Positions 14,601 through 24,866 of a stretch of DNA of 64,000 nt are shown piece by piece. The translations under genes and the position numbers were made by a program. Under the pieces are notes generated by a model. That model searched no databases and was not told the origin of the DNA. It saw only the letters and a program-made list of their open reading frames with translations. The stretch's first letter is position 1. Every line of letters starts with the position of its first letter. The DNA is from Tubiluchus corallicola (Eukaryota; Animalia; Priapulida). The stretch spans positions 124,001 through 188,000 of the forward strand of contig JAQGDQ010000120.1 of the NCBI GenBank assembly GCA_030141605.1, read 5' to 3'.

Positions 14601-17600
14601 TATTTTGTCATGTTTCTTGCGGATAAGTCTTAGTTGTCGTCGGAGGGCACCATGTGTGGCAGTTTTCCCCAGGCTACCAATCAAGCCGGCCAAGGCTACA
14701 GTCTCATTTGAACCTATAACAAAGTTACAAAATTGATTTACATACTGTGAAATCTGAAAATCGTAATCTAGTCATACTACACCTATTAGTCCTATTTATT
14801 CTTTTAGCAGTATGGCAAAAATTATGTGAATGCCAACGTAGTGGCATAACAAAGAGATTTTATTCAGACAAATACTTGCGATCTTTTAGTCACTGTTTAG
14901 AAACTGCAACAAAACAAGTAATCACACACGATGTGCACATTAACAAAAATGTTTATTAATGAACTGTCAAACTAAAAGAGGAAAACCACAAGTACTGTAT
15001 GAATTTACAATTATAGAAATTAACATTACTAGTACTAACAAGACAAAAGACCTTGAAAATATAACAAAATAAGCAATCTACAATAAAAGGAAATGGAAGA
15101 AGTATCACCGAATAAGCAGTACCTTTCAAAATTAAAGATTTAGCTGGACAGTGCATAGAGATTACAATGCAAATTCTACTAGAGCTGTAGACTGTACGTT
15201 GCTGTTAGGTTGCAGTTATTAGTAATTTTAGAATTTATTAGAGATTTTTTTATTAATCATCCAAATGACATAAATGTGAACAATTTCACATAGTTTTAAC
15301 TTTTTTTATTTACAATTGTACCTTTGAATAACTGCAAATAATGATCGATCAAGCTGATCAAACCACAAATATATGTTACAATCGAAAACACCTGAAAGTG
15401 TGACACATTTTGGTAAAATATTTACAAAATTTCACCATGTGATTAAATGCATGCAACAAAATGCATTAAGAATGTTGAGAACATTAATATGTATCATATT
15501 GCTACTAGTGAATTAATCAAAATTTAAGGCACATTCTTAAGAATCGCAATAAATTTTTAATGGTGGAGCCTAACTAGTTGTAAATTGGGAAAGCTAGATT
15601 ACAAGATTTAGCTTAATTATAAAAATAATTATTCAGCAATGCTTCATAACTCCCTACACTAATAACTTACATTAATAACTTACACTTCATAAATCCCTAC
15701 ACTAATAAGTATGCAACAAAATTAAAATTTAAAATAGCACAAGTTGCTTGACTTGCTTGCTAATACACATTGGCCTCTGAAGACCTGTAATATCTGGGAA
15801 AACAGTTATTAGTTTACTTACTGCTACTAAATGACTAAGAAGACCTAAGGTAATATCACTGTACTGGTATGTAGGCCTACAAATACTCCAGGAGCTTCCG
15901 AAGTAACTTGTAGTCTTTTGTGTCACAATGTGAGCAGATACTGCTTGTTTGTCGAAGTACTAAATAAACTGTGAAAATCTATTATGAATTTTAGCCAAAT
16001 TAATTAGACATTCAGAATTCAATTTGTTATTGGCAAAATTGGCCTAAAAAGTGCAAAATACAAGAAATGCATTGGTTTCTCAGGATTCACTCTGGACTAG
16101 CTTACAACATGCCCTAGACCCCAAGCTATTGTGCCTAGGAGCCCCTGTAACTTTTAATCCTCCACTGATAAATGTGAATAGCCACAACAGCTGCTTAATC
16201 TCTGAGATTGTCCAGATGATGACATTCTGGAACATCGGCTATTTTATCTTGTATTAGTGTCAGGCAGAAATTCGTTACTACAGACATCAATCATTAAATG
16301 GCCATGCCCAGATATGGTTAGAAATGGGCAGTGGTTAAAAGCCAAGTAGTAGTTCAAATGCCTACTGAATAGTAACGAAAATGCTGCTTGCTCAGTTGAT
16401 GTTTTTTCCAGTCGAAGATTATGATTTTACCTTTTAAGTGAGTACTAATATTTGCTCTAAGCACTCTTTTTATATATTCGACATACACGAACTACATAAA
16501 TTATAATACTTAATGATAATCATTCGTAAGATCTTACCAGCTGGTGTGCTTATGTTGTATTCAGACACATCTCTAACCACTTCCGAACGTGTGTAAGCTC
16601 GTTTTTTCTTCTTACTACTGCTTATAGCATTAATTGCATCCAAAAATTTTGAATGTTCAGCATCATCAACCTCATCATTGCTGTCATTCAATTCCTACAT
16701 AGTAAATCAACATTTTAGATCGGGGTAGGTTTAAATTCCATTGATGGTTGTGGACTCAGATCAGCCTTTTTAATACTTTCATCCTACAGAGTTCCAAGAT
16801 CATGACGAACGACAATCTTGAAGAGGACCAGTTTTCAAAAAGGTACAGTAACAGAAAGTCAAAACTCTGAAATAAGTCTAATTTAGCAGATGATAATGTA
16901 ATGATGTAATGACAAATGAAAATTAAATTGATTTAGGTCTAAACTAAATGTACAGCATAATTTAAAAGAGTAAGACCTAGGATTTGAGTCACTTTCGCTT
17001 TCGGTATCATTTTTCTGCTAGTAAAGCTTTCAAATTGCATCAATGAAAATGCATTTACTCTTCAATCTTCACTCATAGTAGGCTCGCAAGACTGAAGTAT
17101 TGCAAATTGACCACACTTGAACTAAGAAAACACCGTGGAGATCTATACTAGAAAAGAAAACATTTTGCGTGATTTTTTAAATTTAGTAGTTGATTTAAAA
17201 ACTAGAGGACACAATTTAAAGCTTTTTAAGGACATTCCGTTATTGTGACAGTACTGGACGCATGGAATAATTTGCCTGCCATGGAGATTGCTACGCCAAC
17301 CCTAGTAAAGTTTACATCTTTAACTGACAATTATTTTGTAGAAAAAATATGGGGTTTCTCATATGCATGTTCTCACTTAGTAAACTTGTAAGTAAGCAAA
17401 TAATTTATCTGTCTCTAATTTTTACAAAATACATACAAACAAAACTAAAAATAAAATAAAATTTAACAGATTTCAGAAGCATTGTAGCGAAAAACCAATG
17501 GGCACCAGATCAGCTACCACTACCCAAAATTAAAGAAAGTTAAGTTGCAGCGCTTACATGATGGTTTCTCTACCGTTTCCAGTAGGCACTTTTGGTGCAA

Positions 17601-18275
17601 ACCTTTCTCTTCTTAATAATGCCAATTTTTTCCAGTCATTGTTTTATTGTTGTAGCTTGTTGTTTTGTCCTTGTTATCTATATCTGTAGGTCGACTCCAT
17701 ATTTTTATGTTATTCTTAAAAGCATCACTTTCGATAAGCGCTCATTTAATTCAAACAGTTTATCGCTATGATCATTATACAAGTAATTGTTACTGTTTCT
17801 CCCAATACTTTTATACATTTCTTGCATAACAAAAGATGCTCGGTTGTATCCTTTTGTTGTACTGTGTTGGCAAAATTGAAGCCATAGTGGTCTTACATTA
17901 CAGCAAAGCAGACAGGCCTTATCTAACTTAAATTTACTTCTATAATTTGCATTTCACATGTAGAAATTTCACTCTGATATTCCACATGTAGTCTTCACAT
18001 CACACTCTTCTAAATATTTTACTGGTGTTTTACAATGCCCTATTCGATTACTTAGAAATCGTGCTCTTCTTTTACTGATGACCAGTCAAGTAGATGCAGA
18101 CAACTAAATCAACAAAACACAAGTAAACATAACTTGACAAAAGCACGATGTAATAAATTAAAAAAAACGCTTAAAATGGGGAGCAATCCCTTTAACCCCT
18201 AATCATGCAGTATAACAATATAAACTATCATAATTATTTTACATATTGCTGCCGTTGTTCGCTGGCCGCCGCCAT
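2649..18275 (-). CDS. UTP14: U3 snoRNA-associated protein 14 (SSU processome), 12 coding exons, about 679 aa
   Basis: Exons (minus): 18243-18275, 16538-16694, 14191-14713, 13644-13845, 11375-11590, 11039-11098, 10546-10718, 8103-8190, 6562-6639, 4940-5088, 4678-4780, 2649-2906; all GT-AG, phases match, total 2040 nt. Utp14 motifs: KMRALLSYKEAKLRRQAKIKSKKYRR, RAEERMSLRH..GKWAK, DLTLPGWGSWSG, PFPF...PIGRTWN. First exon and the 60-nt exon are the least certain. Confidence 0.93.
3541..3590 (-). pseudogene. 5S rRNA-derived fragment (pseudogene or SINE head)
   Basis: Minus strand AAGTTAGGCAGTGCTGGGCCTGGTTGGTAAAGGATGGGAGACTACC resembles the 5S internal control region (AAGCTAAGCAGGGTCGGGCCTGGTTAGTACTTGGATGGGAGACCGCC); truncated and diverged. 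Confidence 0.5.
4136..4315. mobile_element. PIF/Harbinger-like MITE (180 bp) in the last UTP14 intron
   Basis: TIRs AGTGGCGTTTACCTGGCATCCGGAATGC / GCATTCTGGATGTCAGGTAAACACCACT; TTA target-site duplication on both sides. Confidence 0.8.
6690..7810 (+). repeat. Non-autonomous interspersed repeat with internal 150-bp tandem units (copy 1)
   Basis: GC-richer than flanks; unit GGGAACAGAAATGCA..GTAGCATATCAAATGAAAGGTCTTGATGAGG at about 7324 and 7474, third partial unit near 7655; homologous to 9450-9900 in opposite orientation. Boundaries approximate. Confidence 0.65.
9450..9900 (-). repeat. Same repeat family, inverted and shorter (copy 2), with terminal hairpin
   Basis: GAGACCTTTCATTTGATAC and GAGTGTGTCCTGTGAGTTTCGGGACTCTAG are reverse complements of motifs in 6690-7810; palindrome AAGATTCTGCTGTAAGCAGAATCTT at about 9874-9898. 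Confidence 0.6.
10004..10366. mobile_element. hAT-type MITE
   Basis: TIRs TAGGGATGAGCAT / ATGCTCGTCCCTA; 8-bp TSD CTTCGTAC / CTTTGTAC (1 mismatch); subterminal GAATC/TCGAAT repeats. Confidence 0.8.
12108..12275. mobile_element. PIF/Harbinger-like MITE (168 bp)
   Basis: TIRs TGGCACATTCAGACGTAGAGACT / AGTCTCTACATCTGAATGCACCA; TTA TSD on both sides. Confidence 0.8.
12445..13527. mobile_element. Probable non-autonomous hAT element (about 1.1 kb)
   Basis: Exact 8-bp direct repeat GTAGTGTC at 12437-12444 and 13528-13535; starts TAGAGGTG; clusters of (C/G)GGATC subterminal motifs at both ends; right TIR degenerate. Confidence 0.55.
17040..17340 (+). mobile_element. 3' end of a CR1-type LINE (degenerate)
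   Basis: Translates to KTRGHNLKLF...WNNLPAMEIATPTLVKF, the typical TRGH..KL / WN.LP C-terminus of CR1 ORF2. Confidence 0.65.
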
Positions 18276-18619
18276 ATTCCATTGACTTCTCTGAACTGGT
18301 ACCTACCATCATTTAGAGAAACTACGGGCATTTGCTGCAACGCGTACATAATGAATTTCTCATAATATTATTATAATAATGTTAATAATATTATACAATA
18401 ATAACTGTGCTACCTATTACATTAATACCAATGGTGTTATTTGAAATTAGCGGAGTTTTGAAAGCTTAATCTGCTTCAGCGTCTAGCGAAATTTCGTCAG
18501 TAATTTCCGAAGTACCTTGAAATACCACAGGCAGCAAACCTAGGTCACCAGGGAGCAGTCACAACCAAACGACCAATCTGACAGGTGGTATGGGTTCCAG
18601 ACACTGACAGACAAGCTGA

Positions 18620-19160
18620 GCAAATAATAAGGTCTTGCATTCCATGTCAAGCCGCAATTGATAACAGTCACCCTGAATCTCTTCAACTTTCAACGTTACC
18701 CAGCGTTATAATGGATTGAAGTTCACTAGGCTTTTGTGGAGATCTGCCTTCAGGCTTCAGGTGAATATCTGATGGTAGTTATTTATGACAGTTCAAGGTT
18801 TTCAGAAATTGAAACACTACGATCCACTTCTGTGCAGACAGTAATTCCTTCTCTTGACATGATTGTTTTCACTAATGGCATACCTGATCCTGTCAAAACT
18901 GACAAATGTCCTCCATTTCAAAGTGAAGATTTTGCCCATTTTCTGCAGTATCTGAGATTCAAATATCTGGATCATCAGCAAAAGGTGAAGCAGAATATTA
19001 TAATTATGAGGTTCATGTGAGAGCTCATTCAAGGCTATAATATATAATCATATCAAGACTATCAATCATATTTATGCAACTATGTGTGCACTCGTCACTG
19101 TTCTCTAAACAGCTCTCATATGAACTCCTAATCAATAGACCAGTCACAACCAAGAAAGAA
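18620..19160 (+). mobile_element. Degenerate Ty3/Gypsy integrase fragment
   Basis: CIPCQA (end of the HHCC zinc finger), then EYLMVVIYDSSRFSEIE..STS..TVIPSLD....GIPD.VKTD..PPFQSEDF..F (rve core) with stops, frameshifts and a decayed catalytic motif; no LTRs seen. Confidence 0.8.
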
Positions 19161-20329
19161 ACTTTTTGCAGCTTACTGTGTATAATGTGGAGATTGGAAG
19201 ACCGCAGTTGAGCTTGTACTCCAACTATGCTATACTGCAGGGGCTGTTTACTGGTAATCCACCGACCATTTTATCATCGGAAGACAAACTGCAGGTAGCT
19301 TTAATTATGGATTCTCACAAAAGTCATCATCTGAAAACATAATTACAATTTTGAGTATCAACAATCAAAACATGAACCTGAATCAACAGTATCACCAGTA
19401 ATCATCAAGTTTACTAGTTTACTAGTATTTCCCAAGTTTCTTTTGCTGTAAACAATCGTTTGGCCATGATATATAGATCAACACAAAGAAAGCAATATAG
19501 CAAGAAGCAATGTGCTTCTTAAAGCAGTAATAAAACTTGATTTTTTTTTGTTTTGTAGTATAGGCTCTTTTGATTTTTGCACATGGCTTTTTTTAAACAA
19601 TCACCAATTTTTTTCTGTTATCAACTGCTATTAAATGAAAGTGTCAAATGTGACATCTCTGCCTAAAATGTGACAAATAGTTAAATAACTTCTTATGAAA
19701 AGCAAGGTAGACAAAATCTTTATTGGCTAAGGCAGGGCAGGATTTGAAGCAATTGTTATAAAAAGTAACGTTTTTAAAATAACAAATAATTTGGGAATAG
19801 TTATCAGAAATAATTGAACGAAAGTGTCATTTTCGACATTTGCCATTCTGGAATTACTTTCATAGAGCTCCATTATCCATGGCAATGTCACTTTTAATTT
19901 TGTGGATTCTTTAGCTGCATGGATGCCACAGTAAGTCACACATGATGGAGAAACTAAAAACTTTTCAGTAAACCTGCTAGATTTAACCATCGTTAATGCA
20001 GTTTTGCAGTTAAAGAGTTTTAAAAGCAATACCAGTTTGTGTCAGCTAGTATGGAAATGCTTATGCCGTTTTTATCTTAAAATTATTCTATCAACGTTTC
20101 CACCTCCATTTCAAAACTGCAAATCTTGAATACATGATTCAGTGATGGGAAGCAATAATCTCTGAAATCAATGTAAGTAAACAAAAATCAATAGCGGCTC
20201 AGAATTTTAAGATAATGGCAGCTTTAGAACATTATTCTGCAATAGAATTACGTTTCTTATGAGGCTAATGACAAATTTTGATAACAATGGTGATGATTTT
20301 AATAACAGTTTTAGCCTATTTTACAATAA

Positions 20330-20526
20330 CAATGAAACACAGCAACAACGACAGCCCAGTGACTCGGATGATGAAGCAGCAGCAGCAAAATCATTAACAA
20401 CAACAATGATATCAACAACAGCATCAACAACAATAATAATATAACACTGCAACAACGACAGCCCAGTAACTTGGATGATGAAGCAGCAGCAGCAAATGCA
20501 TTAACAACAACAACAACAATGACAAT

Positions 20527-20560
<34 letters not shown>

Positions 20561-20650
20561 ACATCCACAACAACAACAACAGTAGCAGTGGCAACAACAA
20601 CAATGATGAGAACAAAGGCAGTGGCAGCAGCAACAACAATATTGCAATCG
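20330..20650. repeat. CAA/CAG-rich low-complexity tract with an approximately 110-bp duplication
   Basis: GCAACAACGACAGCCCAGT..GGATGATGAAGCAGCAGCAGCAAA..CATTAACAACAACAA occurs twice (about 20342 and 20449), followed by imperfect (CAA)n. Confidence 0.85.
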
Positions 20651-20840
20651 TAATAGCAGCTATAGTTGCAAGTGACAGTGTGTTTGTTTGTTAGGTTTGA
20701 GGCTGTGAATTTTCAAGCCACTCAGTTTGATCTGTTTTGATCATGCCATTGATGAGAAAAGTTTGCAAGCTAAATATTGAAATATGGAAGTCACGATTGA
20801 TTCTTTACACAGCAATACTTTGATGTAATTTTTGTTCTGT

Positions 20841-21080
<240 letters not shown>

Positions 21081-21447
21081 CCGGGAGGAACGAGAACTGG
21101 GGTAAATGGACTATTTCATTTTTCCTATAAATTGACATATAATATCGTCAGTCATTTATCTTTTGACTAAAATAAACGTTTACACGCAAAGGTATCACTT
21201 GCAGCACAGGCGTGGCAGTACGGCAACAAAATAAGCATAAATTAACATCGCAAAACCGGTAGAGTGACTGGGCGAGCCTGGTGAGGTTAGTGTCACATGG
21301 TATCATGGCGTGTTTTCGCGTATGGCTGTCTTCTAAATGTTGTGGTAATGTCGTTAATGGCATTTTCTTTAGCTATTAATTGCTGTAGCACTAGAGTCAG
21401 CGCATTAAAATCTACTTTAGCAGACTGTAAACCTACTATCTACAATA

Positions 21448-24024
21448 ATGAACTCCGCAAATAAGAGACGAAAGTTGAAAGTGAAACAACATTTGAAAGA
21501 AGCTCCTAATTTACAGCGTTTTCGTTTAGCTGTTGAACATCTTTCTCAAGACCATGCTATTCCCAGTGGTGAAATTTACGTCGGCAGTCAATCATTAGGA
21601 AGAACTTCAACTTTAGAGCACGACATAGAAAAAGAAACTAAATATGGTATACTTGTAGCTGGAAAATCCCGTAAACAAAAGCGCAAAGAAGCAAGAGAGC
21701 TTAAAAAGGCCTGCAAAAACGCATTTCTAGCTCATAAGCCCATGCCTCATGTTGAAAAAGAAACAAGACAAAGAAAAAGGAAAGAAAAAGCTGAGGCTAA
21801 AAGGAACAAACGACGTGAGAGAAGGAAAAGGCAAAAAGTTAAAGAAAAGGAGATGAAAAAATCGGAGAAAACACATACCCTTGCCACGTCTTCTCGAATC
21901 ACTCGTTTGTTGCATGAAATTAAAAAGGAAGATGCTGTTATTAAGGTGCTAGAAAAAAATTTGAAAATTAAAAAGACCAGGAAGACTATACCCAAGGCAT
22001 TTGTTGATGACGGATTAGATTACTTACTAGACTTTTGTGGCGATAACGAAGGGAAAAAAAATTTTTATTTACAACCGACTGAATCGAATGACGTTAATTT
22101 TGTTTGTAGTGAAGGAGAAGCTACTGTTACTGAATCATTTACAAATGATGTAGGAAAATTTGATGCAAACGAAAACATTGCAAATGTAGATTCTGAAGAT
22201 GAGGAATCAGAAACAATGTCTGATTATAAAGAGGTAGGTTCTGAAAAACTTGGTAATACAAGTGATTCTGCTAAAGGTGAGTTTAGCGATGCTGATGAAG
22301 GTGTGTTCTTGGGTAAGGTTCCAGAAACTGACAACTCTAACATATCAAAGGACACAAAAGTGATATCACAGGAAGAAGTTAGGGAAGACGTACTTACTGA
22401 GGACATTTATGGAAGAATTCGTGATGGAAAAGGAAACATAGTATCATCAACTCCTTGGAGATCACATCGTTCACAAGATACTAATTTTATAGGCGGCTCA
22501 AATGAGCAAGAATTGAACACACTGAAGAAGCAAATGAAAGGACTGCTAAACAGACTGAGTGAGTCAAATATGGCACTTCTCACTTCTCAGATTGAGTCAC
22601 TGTACTGGTCTCATAGCAGGAGTAATGTGAATAAAACTCTGGGAGACCTGATTATGAGTGCCTGTGTTGGACCAGCATTGATGCCAGAGAAGCTATCCTT
22701 GGAACATGCTATGTTGATCTCACTTTTACATAACACTATAGGTGCAGAAGTTAGTGCACATTTATTAGAAATTTTAGCAGAGACATTTGAGCGTCTGTAT
22801 CAGTGCAGTGATAACAATGGATTGGGAAAGGAGTGCGACAACTTGGTTGTCTTTTTTGGCCATTTGTACAGTTTTGGTGTAATTCACAGTCAGTTAATTT
22901 TTGATTGCTTAAAAAAATTCATTGCAAGGTTTCAGGAAAAAGATGTAGAGTTGATACTGTTACTGTTGAAGGATGTCGGATTTGGTTTGAGAAAAGATGA
23001 TCCTCTGTCACTGAAGGAAGTCATTCAAATGCTACAAAGCAAGTGTGCTAGTGTCAATGACGTCAATGATCAGTCTCGAATGAAGTTTATGCTTGAAATC
23101 ATTATGGCCATAAAGAACAATAACATGCGAAAAATTCCAAATTATGACCCTAGTCAGCTTGAGCATTTGAAAAGGGTATTAAAAGGCCTTCTTAGAAACA
23201 AAGGATCAATGGAATCCAGCCTGAAGATTTCTTTAGATGATTTGCTAAATGTAGAAAATAAAGGAAGGTGGTGGATTGTAGGATCAGCATGGCACATGAA
23301 TGAACAGCCTGTAAGTAGGCATGGCCTGCAAAGTCAGTCTGTGTCTTCAACAGGTGTTAGTGAGAAAGTATTGCAGTTGGCACGACAACAGAGAATGAAC
23401 ACCGATGTTAGAAAAAGTGTTTTCTATGCAATGATGTCAAGTGAGGATTATTTAGATGCTTTTGAAAAGTTACTGCATATCGGTTTACGTGGTGAACAAG
23501 AGAGAGAAATTATTCATGTGATAATGGACTGTGCCTTGCAAGAAAGATCTTTTAATCCATTTTACTCATACCTGGCACAAAAGTTCTGCAAATATAATCG
23601 ACGTTTTGTGATGACTTTAAAATTTTTCTTGTGGGATAAATTTGCTAGTGTTTCGTCACTGAGTAGCACTCAAATAGATAACTTGATTAAATCTTTGATC
23701 CGTTTCATATCAGCAGATGTTATATCACTTGCTGTGTTCAAAGTTATTGATTTTGCAGAACTGAATAAAGGAATGGTAAATGTAATTCGACAGGTTTTGC
23801 TTGATATGCTTCTACAAACTGATGAAGAAATATCTTGCCATTGTTTTTCAAAAATTGCAGTAAACCCAAAGCTAAAGATGCTGCGGGAAGGGCTTTTACT
23901 TTTCTTGCAACATTTTCTGATAAGGAATTGTAAGTTACCTTGTGCAGAATTAGAGAAACTGAAGCAACGAGTAAATTTAGTAGAAATGTTGTTAACTTCA
24001 GCTGAATCGAAATCATTTGTTTAA
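21448..24024 (+). CDS. NOM1: Nucleolar MIF4G domain-containing protein 1 (Sgd1 homolog), single-exon CDS, 858 aa
   Basis: Basic N-terminus, DGLDYLL, EDIYGR, MIF4G start (KGLLNRLSESN), GFGLRKDDPLSLKE, KGRWWIVGSAW, MA3 domain (RQQRMNTDVRKS..SEDYLDAFEKLL..QEREIIHV..FNPFY). Confidence 0.95.
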   Translation: MNSANKRRKLKVKQHLKEAPNLQRFRLAVEHLSQDHAIPSGEIYVGSQSLGRTSTLEHDIEKETKYGILVAGKSRKQKRKEARELKKACKNAFLAHKPMPHVEKETRQRKRKEKAEAKRNKRRERRKRQKVKEKEMKKSEKTHTLATSSRITRLLHEIKKEDAVIKVLEKNLKIKKTRKTIPKAFVDDGLDYLLDFCGDNEGKKNFYLQPTESNDVNFVCSEGEATVTESFTNDVGKFDANENIANVDSEDEESETMSDYKEVGSEKLGNTSDSAKGEFSDADEGVFLGKVPETDNSNISKDTKVISQEEVREDVLTEDIYGRIRDGKGNIVSSTPWRSHRSQDTNFIGGSNEQELNTLKKQMKGLLNRLSESNMALLTSQIESLYWSHSRSNVNKTLGDLIMSACVGPALMPEKLSLEHAMLISLLHNTIGAEVSAHLLEILAETFERLYQCSDNNGLGKECDNLVVFFGHLYSFGVIHSQLIFDCLKKFIARFQEKDVELILLLLKDVGFGLRKDDPLSLKEVIQMLQSKCASVNDVNDQSRMKFMLEIIMAIKNNNMRKIPNYDPSQLEHLKRVLKGLLRNKGSMESSLKISLDDLLNVENKGRWWIVGSAWHMNEQPVSRHGLQSQSVSSTGVSEKVLQLARQQRMNTDVRKSVFYAMMSSEDYLDAFEKLLHIGLRGEQEREIIHVIMDCALQERSFNPFYSYLAQKFCKYNRRFVMTLKFFLWDKFASVSSLSSTQIDNLIKSLIRFISADVISLAVFKVIDFAELNKGMVNVIRQVLLDMLLQTDEEISCHCFSKIAVNPKLKMLREGLLLFLQHFLIRNCKLPCAELEKLKQRVNLVEMLLTSAESKSFV

Positions 24025-24396
24025 TCTGTTTCCCTGCAGCATTGGAAGGGAAACGTACTTCAACATTTGCAATATTTGTATTGTTTAAATACCTTCATTC
24101 TATCACACTATAAAAACCATTTTTGTAGTATGTTGTTACAGAATTTCGAATATGGAGGTGCTGCATTAGTTAGGAATGTGTTAGATGGTTTTAATTTATG
24201 TATATACGGTGGTAAAATGTTGTAAATTTATGTTTAAGATGGTCACAAATCTCTTTTGTTTTGTATTTTTAATGCAGCTGATTAAATTTGAAAACTTATA
24301 CATGGTCTTTATAACATTTTTGTATCTGTCTCTTTACTTTGTTTACAAAGAATAGTCCTTGTAGTGAACAGCAATATTCAGCATTAAACTCATATC

Positions 24397-24423
24397 CACT
24401 AACAAACTTTTCATTGTTTGCAG
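24397..24423 (+). promoter_or_regulatory. Candidate branchpoint, pyrimidine tract and 3' splice acceptor upstream of VMA21
   Basis: CACTAAC (24397-24403) then AAACTTTTCATTGTTTGCAG ending 24423, 86 nt before the VMA21 ATG; ATTAAA at 24281-24286 upstream. Confidence 0.55.
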
Positions 24424-24509
24424 GGTGGTGCTGAATTTTCCGTAGAAGCATCTTAACCTGCAAAAACACCAGACATTTCACGCTGTGCATTTAAGAATTT
24501 GTCCAAAAA

Positions 24510-24791
24510 ATGGCAGGGTTCAATTCGGTTAGTGCTAATGATAACACGAAAATGAATAGTGTGTTTAAGACCGTCTTATTCTATAGTCTGCTTATGATCA
24601 CACTACCACTGTTCATGTATTTCTTCACTAAAGCAATGGTATTTGAAGCAGTGTTTGGATACACTTCTCAGCAGAGTTACATCTACGCTGCTATAGTTGC
24701 TATTATAGTTGTTCACGTCGTACTCGGCTTTTTTGTTTATGCTGCTTTTACGGAAGACGAACAGCCTAGGCCTGTGGAAAAAATTGATTAG
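24510..24791 (+). CDS. VMA21: V-ATPase assembly factor VMA21, single-exon CDS, 93 aa
   Basis: Two TM helices, K-x-L-F-Y-S-x-L-M-I-T-L-P..YF, YAAIVAIIVVHVVLGFFVYAAF.E, C-terminal K-x-D; strong start context AAAAATGG. Confidence 0.93.
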   Translation: MAGFNSVSANDNTKMNSVFKTVLFYSLLMITLPLFMYFFTKAMVFEAVFGYTSQQSYIYAAIVAIIVVHVVLGFFVYAAFTEDEQPRPVEKID

Positions 24792-24866
24792 CGAATTCCT
24801 GCACTGCGAAGTCGTTAGTAAATTATGTGATTTAAAACAGATTTTTTTCTTGACAATAACTTTGAA

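Noticed and set aside
19727-20029. 100-aa minus-strand ORF between UTP14 and NOM1
   Set aside because: Non-ATG start, no recognisable motif, no supporting exon structure.
21727-24016. Antisense ORFs within NOM1 (also within VIPAS39, GNB1L and the GPCRs)
   Set aside because: Expected shadows of long sense ORFs; no independent features.
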